Under the pieces are notes generated by a model. It was not told the origin of the DNA. It did no database searches and worked only from the letters and a program-made list of their open reading frames with translations. A DNA stretch of 52,458 nucleotides, taken from a virus. Taxonomy: Duplodnaviria; Caudoviricetes. Shown one piece after another: positions 16,035-24,446 of this stretch. The translations under genes were made by a program, and so were the position numbers. The DNA is taken from IMG/VR virus record IMGVR_UViG_3300027754_000128, positions 1 through 52,458 of that record. The stretch is one strand, 5' to 3'. Every line of letters starts with the position of its first letter. Positions within the stretch are counted from its first letter, which is position 1.

Positions 16035-17656
16035 TGCTGAACACGGCGCACGAGGGACTGCAGATCGAAGCAGTGATGCGAGCCCTCGGCGCCGTGCCAG
16101 CGGAGGCGCGTGCGAAGCTGCGCGATACCGCCAAGGTCGCGATGGCAAAGGCAGGTCGATCGGCTCTGTGGGTACCCAATGCGGGGCCACAGACCGACGC
16201 CTACCTCTGCGAGGCGGACGAGCTGTTCTACGGCGGCCAGGCTGGCGGCGGTAAGTCCGCGCTGATGATCGGCCTGTCGCTGACATGCCACCAGCGCAGC
16301 CTGCTGCTGCGTCGCACGGCGAAGGAGGCCGAGGGCTGGGTCGATGACTATGTCGCGATCCTGGGCGACCGCGAGGGCTACAACGGCCAGCAGAACACCT
16401 GGCGCCGCGACGGTCGCATCATCGACCTCAGTGGCTGCCAACTCGAGGCGGACAAGCAGAAGTTCAAGGGCCGCCCGCACGACCTGATCGGCTTCGATGA
16501 GATCGCCGACTTCACCGAGACGCAATACACGTTCATCATTGGCTGGAACCGATCGACCACGCCCGGCCAGCGATGCCGCGTGATCGCAGCCGGCAACCCC
16601 CCGACCACGCCCGAGGGCCTGTGGGTGCTGAAGCGGTGGGCAGCCTGGCTCGACCCCAACCACCACAACCCTGCCGCTGCCGGCGAGCTTCGCTGGTACA
16701 CCACTGGCGCCGAGGGCAAAGAGATCGAGGTCGACGGCCCCGGCCCGCATGACGTGGGCGGCGAGATGGTCGTGGCCCGCTCGCGCACGTTCATCCCGGC
16801 CAAGTTAAGCGACAACCCGGATCTCGCCGCTTCCGGCTACGCTGCCACCCTGGCGGCCCTGCCCGAGGAGCTTCGCGCTGCCTACCGTGACGGCCGCTTC
16901 GACGTGGCCCTGCGTGACGGCGCCTTCCAGGCCATCCCGACCTCGTGGATACGCGCCGCGCAGGAACGCTGGACGCCCCGGCCGCCTGATGGCGTGCCAA
17001 TGTGCAGCATCGGTGTCGATGTGGCGCAGGGCGGCAACGACGAGACCGTGCTGGCCATCCGGCACGATGGCTGGTTCGCGCCGCTGATCGCGGTGGCTGG
17101 CAAGCTGACGCCTGATGGTGCATCCGTCGCCGGCCTCATCGTGAGCAAGCGTCGCGACAAGGCGACCGTGATAATCGACATGGGCGGCGGCTACGGTGGT
17201 GCGGCCTTCGAGTGGCTGCGCGATCAGGGCGACGACGTTCGTGGCTACAAGGGTGCCGAGGCTGGCCCCGGCCGCACGGTCGATCGGCAGCTCGCCTTCT
17301 TCAATCGCCGCACCCGTGCATACTGGCGTTTCCGCGAGGCTCTGGACCCGTCGCAGCCGCAGGGCTCCAGCATCGCGCTACCGCCTGACCCTGCCCTGGT
17401 GGCTGATTTAACCGCCGCCACGTTCAAGGTCGGCCCGCACGGCATCCAGGTCGAGGCCAAGGAACACGTCGTCAAGCGTCTGGGTCGATCGCCTGACCGC
17501 GGCGATGCCGTCGTCATGGCGTGGGAGGCCGGCATCAAAGGCCAGAACATCCCCGGCGGCTTTGCCCGCGGCTCTCGCCGGCAGCCTCCGCAGGTCGTGA
17601 TGGGCCACGGTCGATCGGCCCCGGCCCCACAAATGAAGGTGAGCGAGCATGGCTGA
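16034..17656 (+). CDS. terL: Terminase large subunit
   Basis: Walker A FYGGQAGGGKS, Walker B LIGFDEI, GNP coupling motif, nuclease GVDVAQGG and SPDRGDA. Confidence 0.95.
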   Translation: MLNTAHEGLQIEAVMRALGAVPAEARAKLRDTAKVAMAKAGRSALWVPNAGPQTDAYLCEADELFYGGQAGGGKSALMIGLSLTCHQRSLLLRRTAKEAEGWVDDYVAILGDREGYNGQQNTWRRDGRIIDLSGCQLEADKQKFKGRPHDLIGFDEIADFTETQYTFIIGWNRSTTPGQRCRVIAAGNPPTTPEGLWVLKRWAAWLDPNHHNPAAAGELRWYTTGAEGKEIEVDGPGPHDVGGEMVVARSRTFIPAKLSDNPDLAASGYAATLAALPEELRAAYRDGRFDVALRDGAFQAIPTSWIRAAQERWTPRPPDGVPMCSIGVDVAQGGNDETVLAIRHDGWFAPLIAVAGKLTPDGASVAGLIVSKRRDKATVIIDMGGGYGGAAFEWLRDQGDDVRGYKGAEAGPGRTVDRQLAFFNRRTRAYWRFREALDPSQPQGSSIALPPDPALVADLTAATFKVGPHGIQVEAKEHVVKRLGRSPDRGDAVVMAWEAGIKGQNIPGGFARGSRRQPPQVVMGHGRSAPAPQMKVSEHG

Positions 17657-18083
17657 CAACGTGGCGGCTCTCATGCGTCATCTGCGGGCGACCGCGCGAG
17701 CGGGGCGTGCCTGCGACGCTGCGCGCGACATCGCCCTGTCGCTGGGCATCTCCGAGAAGGCGGTCAACACGGCGTTCGTCGCGGCCCGCAAGGCCAAGAT
17801 GATCCACTGGTCGACGCACTACTGCGGGCCAGGGGTCGGTCAACGTCGCTGGGTGACGCTGGTTGCCGATCGCCTGCAGACGGCCAAGCCGGTCAAGTTC
17901 GGCCGCGCCTACCTTCGCGCACAGGGTGACACGAGCGACCTCCAGAAGGCCAAGACGGCGCTGCAGAAGCGCGGCCACTACGTCTGGGACGCAGCCATTG
18001 ACGGCGGGCCTCTGGGCCTCGTCCGCGTCGACCAGCACCTGATGCTGCCGGCCGATGTCATCGCATTCGCAGGAGGCGTCTGA
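17649..18083 (+). CDS. Hypothetical protein with N-terminal HTH-like segment
   Basis: ARDIALSLGISEKAVNTA. Confidence 0.6.
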   Translation: MADNVAALMRHLRATARAGRACDAARDIALSLGISEKAVNTAFVAARKAKMIHWSTHYCGPGVGQRRWVTLVADRLQTAKPVKFGRAYLRAQGDTSDLQKAKTALQKRGHYVWDAAIDGGPLGLVRVDQHLMLPADVIAFAGGV

Positions 18084-18406
18084 TGGGTAGCATGTCTGGT
18101 GGCGGCGGAATGGCTCCAGCACCTGCTCCCGTGGCAGTCGCACCGGCTCCCGCGCCGATCGTTTGGCAGGGCGACGATCCGTTCGCGCCCAACTACAGGC
18201 CACCGACCGGCGCACAGCTATCGCCCGCTCAGAAGGCGGCTGAAGCGGCCAAGGCTGCTGCGGCTCGTCCCTTGGCGCCCGCTGAACCCATCGAATCTGA
18301 AGAGGACCGCCTGGTACGTCAGCGCCGATCGGCTCTGATCCTGGGTGGCGGCTTCGAGGGCTGGGGCGGCGGCGATCCAAGCCAGTATGCGCCGCAAGGC
18401 TATTAG
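18083..18406 (+). CDS. Pro/Ala-rich small virion-associated protein
   Basis: AGGAGG RBS; MG...GGGG.APAPAP start like the next gene. Confidence 0.55.
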   Translation: MGSMSGGGGMAPAPAPVAVAPAPAPIVWQGDDPFAPNYRPPTGAQLSPAQKAAEAAKAAAARPLAPAEPIESEEDRLVRQRRSALILGGGFEGWGGGDPSQYAPQGY

Positions 18407-18417
18407 GAGAGCGTAAC

Positions 18418-18636
18418 ATGGGTTCATTATTTGGCGGCGGCGGCGGTTCGTCCGCACCACCTCCCGCACCAATGCCTGTCATGCCCGAGCCTGCGAAGGT
18501 CGAGCCGCCCATCGTCATGCCGGTCAAAGACCCGGTGGCTGACACGCAGTACGCGATGAAGGAGCAGGTGCAGCGTCGCGCCGGCAAGACCTCGCGGTCC
18601 AACACCATCATTGGTGACAGCCTGGGCGACGGGTGA
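18418..18636 (+). CDS. Small pre-portal virion protein (T7 gp6.7/7.3-like position)
   Basis: MGSLFGGGGGSSAPPPAP...RRAGKTSRSNTII..LG; AGGAG RBS. Confidence 0.65.
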   Translation: MGSLFGGGGGSSAPPPAPMPVMPEPAKVEPPIVMPVKDPVADTQYAMKEQVQRRAGKTSRSNTIIGDSLGDG

Positions 18637-18734
18637 TGGGCGCGCTCTACCAGATCAGCTACGTCACTGAGGCAGAAGCCCTAGTCGCCCGCGCCGCCGC
18701 AGTTAATTCTTACTTGGCTGGAGCAGGCGCATGA
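18636..18734 (+). CDS. 32-aa coupled ORF before the portal
   Basis: TGATG overlap at start, ATGA overlap with the portal start. Confidence 0.4.
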   Translation: MGALYQISYVTEAEALVARAAAVNSYLAGAGA

Positions 18735-20407
18735 GTAACGAAGATTGCGTCAACCACGTCAAAATGTTGGGGGATAATTTATTCAGCAAACGCATGGGTT
18801 TATTGTCCTTATGGCAAGAGCTTGCTGAACAATTTTTTCCCGCTCGTGCCGACTTCACGCGCACGCTGTCGCTAGGCACCGACCGCAACGGTGCCTTGAT
18901 GACCTCGGCTCCGGTGATTGCGCGCCGCAACCTCGCCAATGCTTTCAGCACCATGCTGCGCCCGACCGCCAAGCCGTGGTTCAACATCCGCAGCCGGCGC
19001 CCTGACCAGGAGGACACCGAGGCCAAGCAATACCTCGAGAAGCTGACGAGGCTGCAGAAGGACGCCATGTACGACAGCCGATCGGGCTTCGTGCGCGCCA
19101 CCAAGACGGCCGACAACGACTTTGCGACGTTCGGCCAGGCGGTGCTTCAATGTGAACTGTACCGCCCCGGCGACGGTTCGCAGCCCCATCTCCTACATCG
19201 CTGCTGGCATCTGCGCGACTGCGCCTGGATGGAGAACGATGTCGGCATCATCGACACCATGTACCGCCAGTGGACGCCGACCGCGACGACGCTGTCGACG
19301 CTGTTCCGCGACAAGGTCCACTCCGAGACGACCAAGCTGCTCGAGAAGACGCCCTACGCCGAGGTCAAGTGCTGGCACGTCGTCATGCCGTCGAAGATGT
19401 ACGCGACGTTCCCCGGCGCCAAGAAGTTCATGCAGCCGTTCGTCTCGATGATTATCGATGTCGACAACGTCCACATGATCGAATGTGTCGGGCAATGGTC
19501 GTTCGGCTACGTCGTGCCGCGGTGGGAGGTCGTCTCCGGTTCGCAGTACGCCAACAGCCCGGCAACCGACGCCGCCGTGGCCGATGCGCGGCTGCTGCAG
19601 CAGATCACCCACGTCATCCTCGAGGCGGGCGAGAAGGCGGTAAATCCGCCCATGGTGGCCGTTCAGGACGCCATCCGGGGCGATGTCCCGATCTATGCCG
19701 GCGGCATCACCTGGGTCGACGCTGACTACGACGAGCGCACAGGCGAGGCGCTGCGGCCGATGGCGAGCGATCACAAGGGCCTGACGTTCGGCCACGAGAT
19801 GATCGCCGACCTTCGCATGCAGATCGGCGAGGGCTTCTTCCTCAACAAGCTGAACCTTCCGCCCCAGGGCGGGCCTGACATGACGGCCTATGAGGTCGGC
19901 CAGAGGGTCCAGGAGTACATCCGCAACGCGCTGCCGCTCTTCGAGCCGGTCGAGATGGAATACAACTCCAAGGTCTGCGAGGAGGATCTCGGCCTGATGA
20001 TGCGGGCCGACCCGGTCATCGCTCAAGACGCGCCGCCGTCGATGCGCGGTCAGACCGTCGAGTTCCAGTTCGAGTCCCCACTCCGCGAGGCGATCGACAA
20101 GATGAAGGTCGGCCAGATGCTCGAGGCCAGCCAGGTCTTGACGCAGGCCATGCAGCTCGACCCCAGCGTCGCGATGCTGGTCGACATGACCAAGGGAACA
20201 CGCGACGTGCTGACGGCGGTGATCCCGGCGGCATGGATGAGGACCGAGTCCGAGGTCGACAGCCTGAAGAAGAAGGCCGCCCAGCAGGCAGCCCAGCAGC
20301 AGATGATGCAGGGCCTGGAGCAGGCGGCGTCTGTCGCCAAGACGGCCTCGGAGGCTGCCGGCAACACTGCCGACATGATGGGCCTCACCCCGCAGGCTGC
20401 CGCATGA
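18731..20407 (+). CDS. Portal (head-tail connector) protein
   Basis: 558 aa; WQELAEQFFP, PRW..SGSQYA.SP, MTAYEV.QRVQE, ESPL motifs of T7/BPP-1 portals. Confidence 0.93.
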   Translation: MSNEDCVNHVKMLGDNLFSKRMGLLSLWQELAEQFFPARADFTRTLSLGTDRNGALMTSAPVIARRNLANAFSTMLRPTAKPWFNIRSRRPDQEDTEAKQYLEKLTRLQKDAMYDSRSGFVRATKTADNDFATFGQAVLQCELYRPGDGSQPHLLHRCWHLRDCAWMENDVGIIDTMYRQWTPTATTLSTLFRDKVHSETTKLLEKTPYAEVKCWHVVMPSKMYATFPGAKKFMQPFVSMIIDVDNVHMIECVGQWSFGYVVPRWEVVSGSQYANSPATDAAVADARLLQQITHVILEAGEKAVNPPMVAVQDAIRGDVPIYAGGITWVDADYDERTGEALRPMASDHKGLTFGHEMIADLRMQIGEGFFLNKLNLPPQGGPDMTAYEVGQRVQEYIRNALPLFEPVEMEYNSKVCEEDLGLMMRADPVIAQDAPPSMRGQTVEFQFESPLREAIDKMKVGQMLEASQVLTQAMQLDPSVAMLVDMTKGTRDVLTAVIPAAWMRTESEVDSLKKKAAQQAAQQQMMQGLEQAASVAKTASEAAGNTADMMGLTPQAAA

Positions 20408-20604
20408 AGGACGAACTGACGCGCATTGCCGAGGCCCTGGAGCGCATCGCCAACGTGCTGACGCCGTCCGTACAGCCGCCGTACATCGAGCCAGACATCT
20501 GGTCCGATTGGGATCCGACCCCGGAGATCAAGGTCGCCTTGGAGCGGCCTCACCGGCTGGCTGTCGCCGGCTGGCTATCGCCGACCGCGCGCCGCGGGGA
20601 CTGA
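20404..20604 (+). CDS. Hypothetical protein (MKDELTRIAEALERIA)
   Basis: Coupled at both ends. Confidence 0.5.
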   Translation: MKDELTRIAEALERIANVLTPSVQPPYIEPDIWSDWDPTPEIKVALERPHRLAVAGWLSPTARRGD

Positions 20605-20921
20605 TGGCGCAGAAGCCTCTCGGCCACAACACACTGCCGCACCTCTCCTACCAGCACGATGTCGCCGACGTGGCGGCCGTGAAGGCATTGGCAGTGGGAG
20701 AGGCGACGCCCGACCAGCAGATCCGCGCCTTCAAGTGGATCATCGAGCGCGGCTGCATGACCTACGACGAGACCTTCGATCATACCAATGAGCGCAGCAG
20801 CGCCTTCATGCAGGGCCGGCGCTTCGTGGGTCTGAAGCTCGTGCTGTTCCTCAAGCTGTCCATAACCGCGCTCAAGACGCGGGTCTCACCGGGGGAGGGT
20901 TTGTCCGAAACAGGAGTCTAA
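20604..20921 (+). CDS. Bbp19-like protein
   Basis: SAFMQGRRFVGL motif between portal and scaffold. Confidence 0.7.
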   Translation: MAQKPLGHNTLPHLSYQHDVADVAAVKALAVGEATPDQQIRAFKWIIERGCMTYDETFDHTNERSSAFMQGRRFVGLKLVLFLKLSITALKTRVSPGEGLSETGV

Positions 20922-20928
20922 ACCCCCA

Positions 20929-21912
20929 ATGGCACTCGAACCCACAGCGGCCCCGGTCGATCCGGCCACCCCGCCACCCGTTCCAGCTTCCGCTACGCCT
21001 GCCACGCCTGCCGCACCCGCGGCACCGATCGTTCCACCCGGCCCCTCCGCGACAATTCCCGACGAGGGGCCACCCCCGACTGCAAATACCCCGCCTGCCG
21101 GCGACCCTCCCGCAGACCCTCCCGCGTCGACCTGGCGCGACGAGATGGCCGGCGGCGACGACAAGCTGCGGAAGATGCTCGACCGCTATGCCTCGCCCAA
21201 GGCGCTGGCAGAGGCGCAGCTTGCCGCGCGCGACCGCTTCGCCAAGGGACAGGTGCGCCAGCCCCTCAAGGAAGGCGCCACGCCCGAGGAACTGACGCAG
21301 TGGCGTGCCGACAACAACATCCCGGAGACCTTCGACAAGTACGACGTGAGCCTGCCGCAGGGCATGGTGATCGGCGAGGCTGACAAGCCTCTGGTCGAAG
21401 GCTTCCTCAAGACGGCGCACGACAACAACCTCCAGCCCGAGGCCGTCAAGACGGCGCTCAGTTGGTACTACGCCGAGCAGGGCCGCAGGGCCGAGGCACA
21501 GTTCGCCCAGGACGCGACCGGCAAGCAGGAGGTCGTGGCTGCACTCACCCAGGAGTACGGCGGCGACTACAAGCGATACGTCACCGCGGCCGACGATTAC
21601 TTCCGCGAGGCTGGTCCCGACCTGGGACCGTCGATCCTGCAGGCGCGCATGCCTGACGGGACGCTGGTCGGCGCCAATCCGCTGGCCGTGCGGTTCTTCA
21701 TCAACAAGGCACTGGAGGTCAATCCGTTGGCGACTGTGACACCGGCCGGCGGGCAGACGCCGATGGCGACGATCGAGGCCGAGCTCGCAGGCCTCAAGGC
21801 CGAGATGGGCGATCACAACGGCCCGTACTGGAAGGGGCCGATGGCGAACATCAAGCAGGCCCGCGTCGATGAGATCAACCGGATGATGGCAGGCGCCACC
21901 GCCCGCAAGTAG
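20929..21912 (+). CDS. Capsid scaffolding protein
   Basis: Pro-rich N-terminus, helical; directly before the capsid gene. Confidence 0.8.
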   Translation: MALEPTAAPVDPATPPPVPASATPATPAAPAAPIVPPGPSATIPDEGPPPTANTPPAGDPPADPPASTWRDEMAGGDDKLRKMLDRYASPKALAEAQLAARDRFAKGQVRQPLKEGATPEELTQWRADNNIPETFDKYDVSLPQGMVIGEADKPLVEGFLKTAHDNNLQPEAVKTALSWYYAEQGRRAEAQFAQDATGKQEVVAALTQEYGGDYKRYVTAADDYFREAGPDLGPSILQARMPDGTLVGANPLAVRFFINKALEVNPLATVTPAGGQTPMATIEAELAGLKAEMGDHNGPYWKGPMANIKQARVDEINRMMAGATARK

Positions 21913-21951
21913 ACGCCACCTGACGGTGATTGCGAGGGGTCGCAGTAGAAT
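21908..21951 (+). promoter_or_regulatory. Putative late promoter 2 (upstream of capsid)
   Basis: AGTAGACGCCAC-N26-TAGAAT. Confidence 0.75.
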
Positions 21952-22072
21952 ACTCACAACTTGCTGCGGCCCCATTGCGATCCAGGTCGGCGCTCTAAGA
22001 CGAGCCACCCCGACCAAGTAAGCGTGGCCACCCCGACAGAAGGGTCTTTCACCTTTCATCGGAGTACGTCAC

Positions 22073-22906
22073 ATGGCTGAATCAGCCTTTCAAACCAAAT
22101 ACCGGCAGGAGTTCATTGCCGGCTTCGAGGCTCGCCAGAGCCTGCTTCGCGGCGCCGTCACCACGGAAGCCAACGTCAACGGCTCGGCCGCCGTGTTCCT
22201 CGTTGCCGACTCGGGCTCCGCGAGCGCCACGACCCGTGGCCTCAACGGCTTGATCCCGGCACGCGCCGACAACCTGACGCAGTACACGGCGACGCTCGCC
22301 GAGTGGCACGATCTGGTTCGTCGCACGAGCTACAACCTCTATGCCTCGCAGAGCGACGGTCGCCGAATCATGCAGCAGACCACGATGGCCGTTCTCAATC
22401 GCAAGATCGACTACGACATCCAGGCCGCTCTCGAACTCGGCACGCAGGACACCGGCACGGCACAGACGGGCTCGCTCTCGCTCGTCATGTACGCGCTGAC
22501 GATCCTGGGCAACAACGCTGTCCCGCTCGACGGCGACATCACTGGCCTGATCAGCCCGGCGTTCTACGCCTACCTGATGCAGACCAAGGAGTTCGCTTCG
22601 GCCGACTTCACCGCCAACAAGATGTTCGACAAGTCGAACCCGACCACGTTCAAGTGGGCCGGCGTCAACTTCATCGTGCATCCGACGATCACCGGCAAGG
22701 CGACCTCGGCCGAGAAGTGCATCTTGTTCCACAAGAGCGCGATCGGCCACGCCATGGACATGGCCAGCATCCAGACCGCCGCCGACTACATGTCGGAGCA
22801 GGACTACTCGTGGGCGCGTGCGAGCGCGTACATGGGCTCCAAGCTCCTGCAGAACACCGGCATCGTGATTATGAACCACGACGGCTCCGGCTTCGCTGCC
22901 CAGTAA
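22073..22906 (+). CDS. Major capsid protein
   Basis: FQTKYRQEFIAGFE..QSLLR..VT, NRKID, FHKSAIGHA; strongest codon bias; followed by a terminator. Confidence 0.9.
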   Translation: MAESAFQTKYRQEFIAGFEARQSLLRGAVTTEANVNGSAAVFLVADSGSASATTRGLNGLIPARADNLTQYTATLAEWHDLVRRTSYNLYASQSDGRRIMQQTTMAVLNRKIDYDIQAALELGTQDTGTAQTGSLSLVMYALTILGNNAVPLDGDITGLISPAFYAYLMQTKEFASADFTANKMFDKSNPTTFKWAGVNFIVHPTITGKATSAEKCILFHKSAIGHAMDMASIQTAADYMSEQDYSWARASAYMGSKLLQNTGIVIMNHDGSGFAAQ

Positions 22907-22911
22907 CCGAT

Positions 22912-22945
22912 GAGCCTCGGCCTACGGGCCGGGGCTTCTTCTCTC
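22912..22945 (+). terminator. Intrinsic terminator after capsid gene
   Basis: GAGCCTCGGCC-TACG-GGCCGGGGCTT hairpin plus pyrimidine tail. Confidence 0.65.
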
Positions 22946-22967
22946 TCTTCATCGAAAGGATTCTCTC

Positions 22968-23255
22968 ATGGCTTACACTTCCGCCAACCTGAGCCTCGTC
23001 GCTCAGTCCATCGCCGGCCCGCGCTTCTGGCACCACACTTCGGCTGACGCCACGGCGACGGTCGATGGCGCCTCGTTCATCACCGATGGTGGCGACAAGG
23101 GCATGAAGGCCGCTGACATCGTGTACCACAAGGACAGCACGACCAACGCGACCGCACTCACGATGCACAAGGTCGTGACGGTCAGCGCGACGGCGCCCGG
23201 CGTGGTCGATCTCTCCGATGGCACGGTCGTCGGCTCCGCTACCAACACCGACTAA
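22968..23255 (+). CDS. Probable capsid decoration/cement protein
   Basis: AAGGA RBS; position and codon bias. Confidence 0.6.
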   Translation: MAYTSANLSLVAQSIAGPRFWHHTSADATATVDGASFITDGGDKGMKAADIVYHKDSTTNATALTMHKVVTVSATAPGVVDLSDGTVVGSATNTD

Positions 23256-23267
23256 TTGACCCTCTAA

Positions 23268-23333
23268 CCCGGCGGGCATCCGCTCGCCGGGGTTCTGGGA
23301 TGCCGCCGCCGCGTAGCGTTTCGCGGCGGCATC
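23268..23333 (+). terminator. Two adjacent GC-rich hairpins
   Basis: CCCGGCGGGC/GCTCGCCGGG and GATGCCGCCGC/GCGGCGGCATC. Confidence 0.45.
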
Positions 23334-23351
23334 TTCACATCAGGAGACACC

Positions 23352-23786
23352 GTGAAGATCCTTTCCCACCAGTTGAAAATCGCAGACTACGGCCGCAACA
23401 CCTGGATCGCGGGCGACCTCGATGAGAGCGTCACGCGCGCCGACTTCCTGAAGGCCGAGACCTACATCCACGTCGCCAAGCAGCTCTCCCGCGGTGACAT
23501 CATCGCCGTGCTGGCTCCCGATGGTTCCTGGTACGCCGAGTTCATGGTCCGCGCGAACGGCATGACGGGCGTCCTGATCGGCGCGCTGGCAAGCTACGAC
23601 TTCGCCGTCACCGACGTGAAGGAAGTCGCCCTCGAGACGCCGGAAGGCTTCGAGATCAAGTATGCCGGCCCGACCGCCAAGTGGCGCGTCACCCGTCTCA
23701 GCGACAAGTCGATCCTCAAGCAGGGCCTGTCGAGCAAGCTCGAGGCGCATGCCTGGCTGGCGTCGCCTGTGCTGCAGGCGGCCTAA
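23352..23786 (+). CDS. Hypothetical protein
   Basis: AGGAG RBS, GTG start. Confidence 0.7.
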   Translation: MKILSHQLKIADYGRNTWIAGDLDESVTRADFLKAETYIHVAKQLSRGDIIAVLAPDGSWYAEFMVRANGMTGVLIGALASYDFAVTDVKEVALETPEGFEIKYAGPTAKWRVTRLSDKSILKQGLSSKLEAHAWLASPVLQAA

Positions 23787-24431
23787 GTGGGAACGACGCG
23801 GCTGAAATTGGTCAACGCCGCGCTCGGCATATGCGGGGAGAGGCTGCTTGCCTCCCTCACCGAGGACCGCGAGCCGCGTCGCATCGCTGACACGGTCTGG
23901 GACAACGGCCTGGTCGATGACGTGCTGGCGCAGGGACAGTGGACCTTCGCCACGCGCTCGATCGAACTGTCGTCGGACGCCAGCACCACAACGCAGTTCG
24001 GCTATTCCAAGGGCTTCGTGCAGCCCACCGACATGCTGCGGACGGTGGCCTTGTGTGAGGATGAGCGGTTCAACACGCCGCTCACCGCCTACCAGGTCGA
24101 GACCGGCTACTGGTATGCCGACATCGATCCCATCTGGGTCCGCTACATCTCCAACGATGCGGACTACGGCGCCAACCTGGCTCTGTGGCCGACCGACTTC
24201 TGCCGGTTCGCCGAACTCTACTTCGCCACCCTGATCCAGCCTCGCCTGACCGGCTCCAAGGCCGACCTGATGGCGATGAAGAAGGAGCTGCGGAAGTCCC
24301 GCCTTGAGGCCGCTTCGTGCGATGCGATGGAAAAGCCCACGCAATTCGCGCCGCAGGGCTCGTGGGTCTCTGCGCGACAGGGCCGCGCTGGCCGGTCGGA
24401 CAGGGGCAGCCGCAGCCAGTTGATTGGCTAG
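23787..24431 (+). CDS. Tail tubular protein A / adaptor (T7 gp11-like)
   Basis: LVNAALGICGE...WTFAT...F..PTD.LR. Confidence 0.85.
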   Translation: MGTTRLKLVNAALGICGERLLASLTEDREPRRIADTVWDNGLVDDVLAQGQWTFATRSIELSSDASTTTQFGYSKGFVQPTDMLRTVALCEDERFNTPLTAYQVETGYWYADIDPIWVRYISNDADYGANLALWPTDFCRFAELYFATLIQPRLTGSKADLMAMKKELRKSRLEAASCDAMEKPTQFAPQGSWVSARQGRAGRSDRGSRSQLIG

Positions 24432-24446
24432 TGAACGGGTGTCGCT

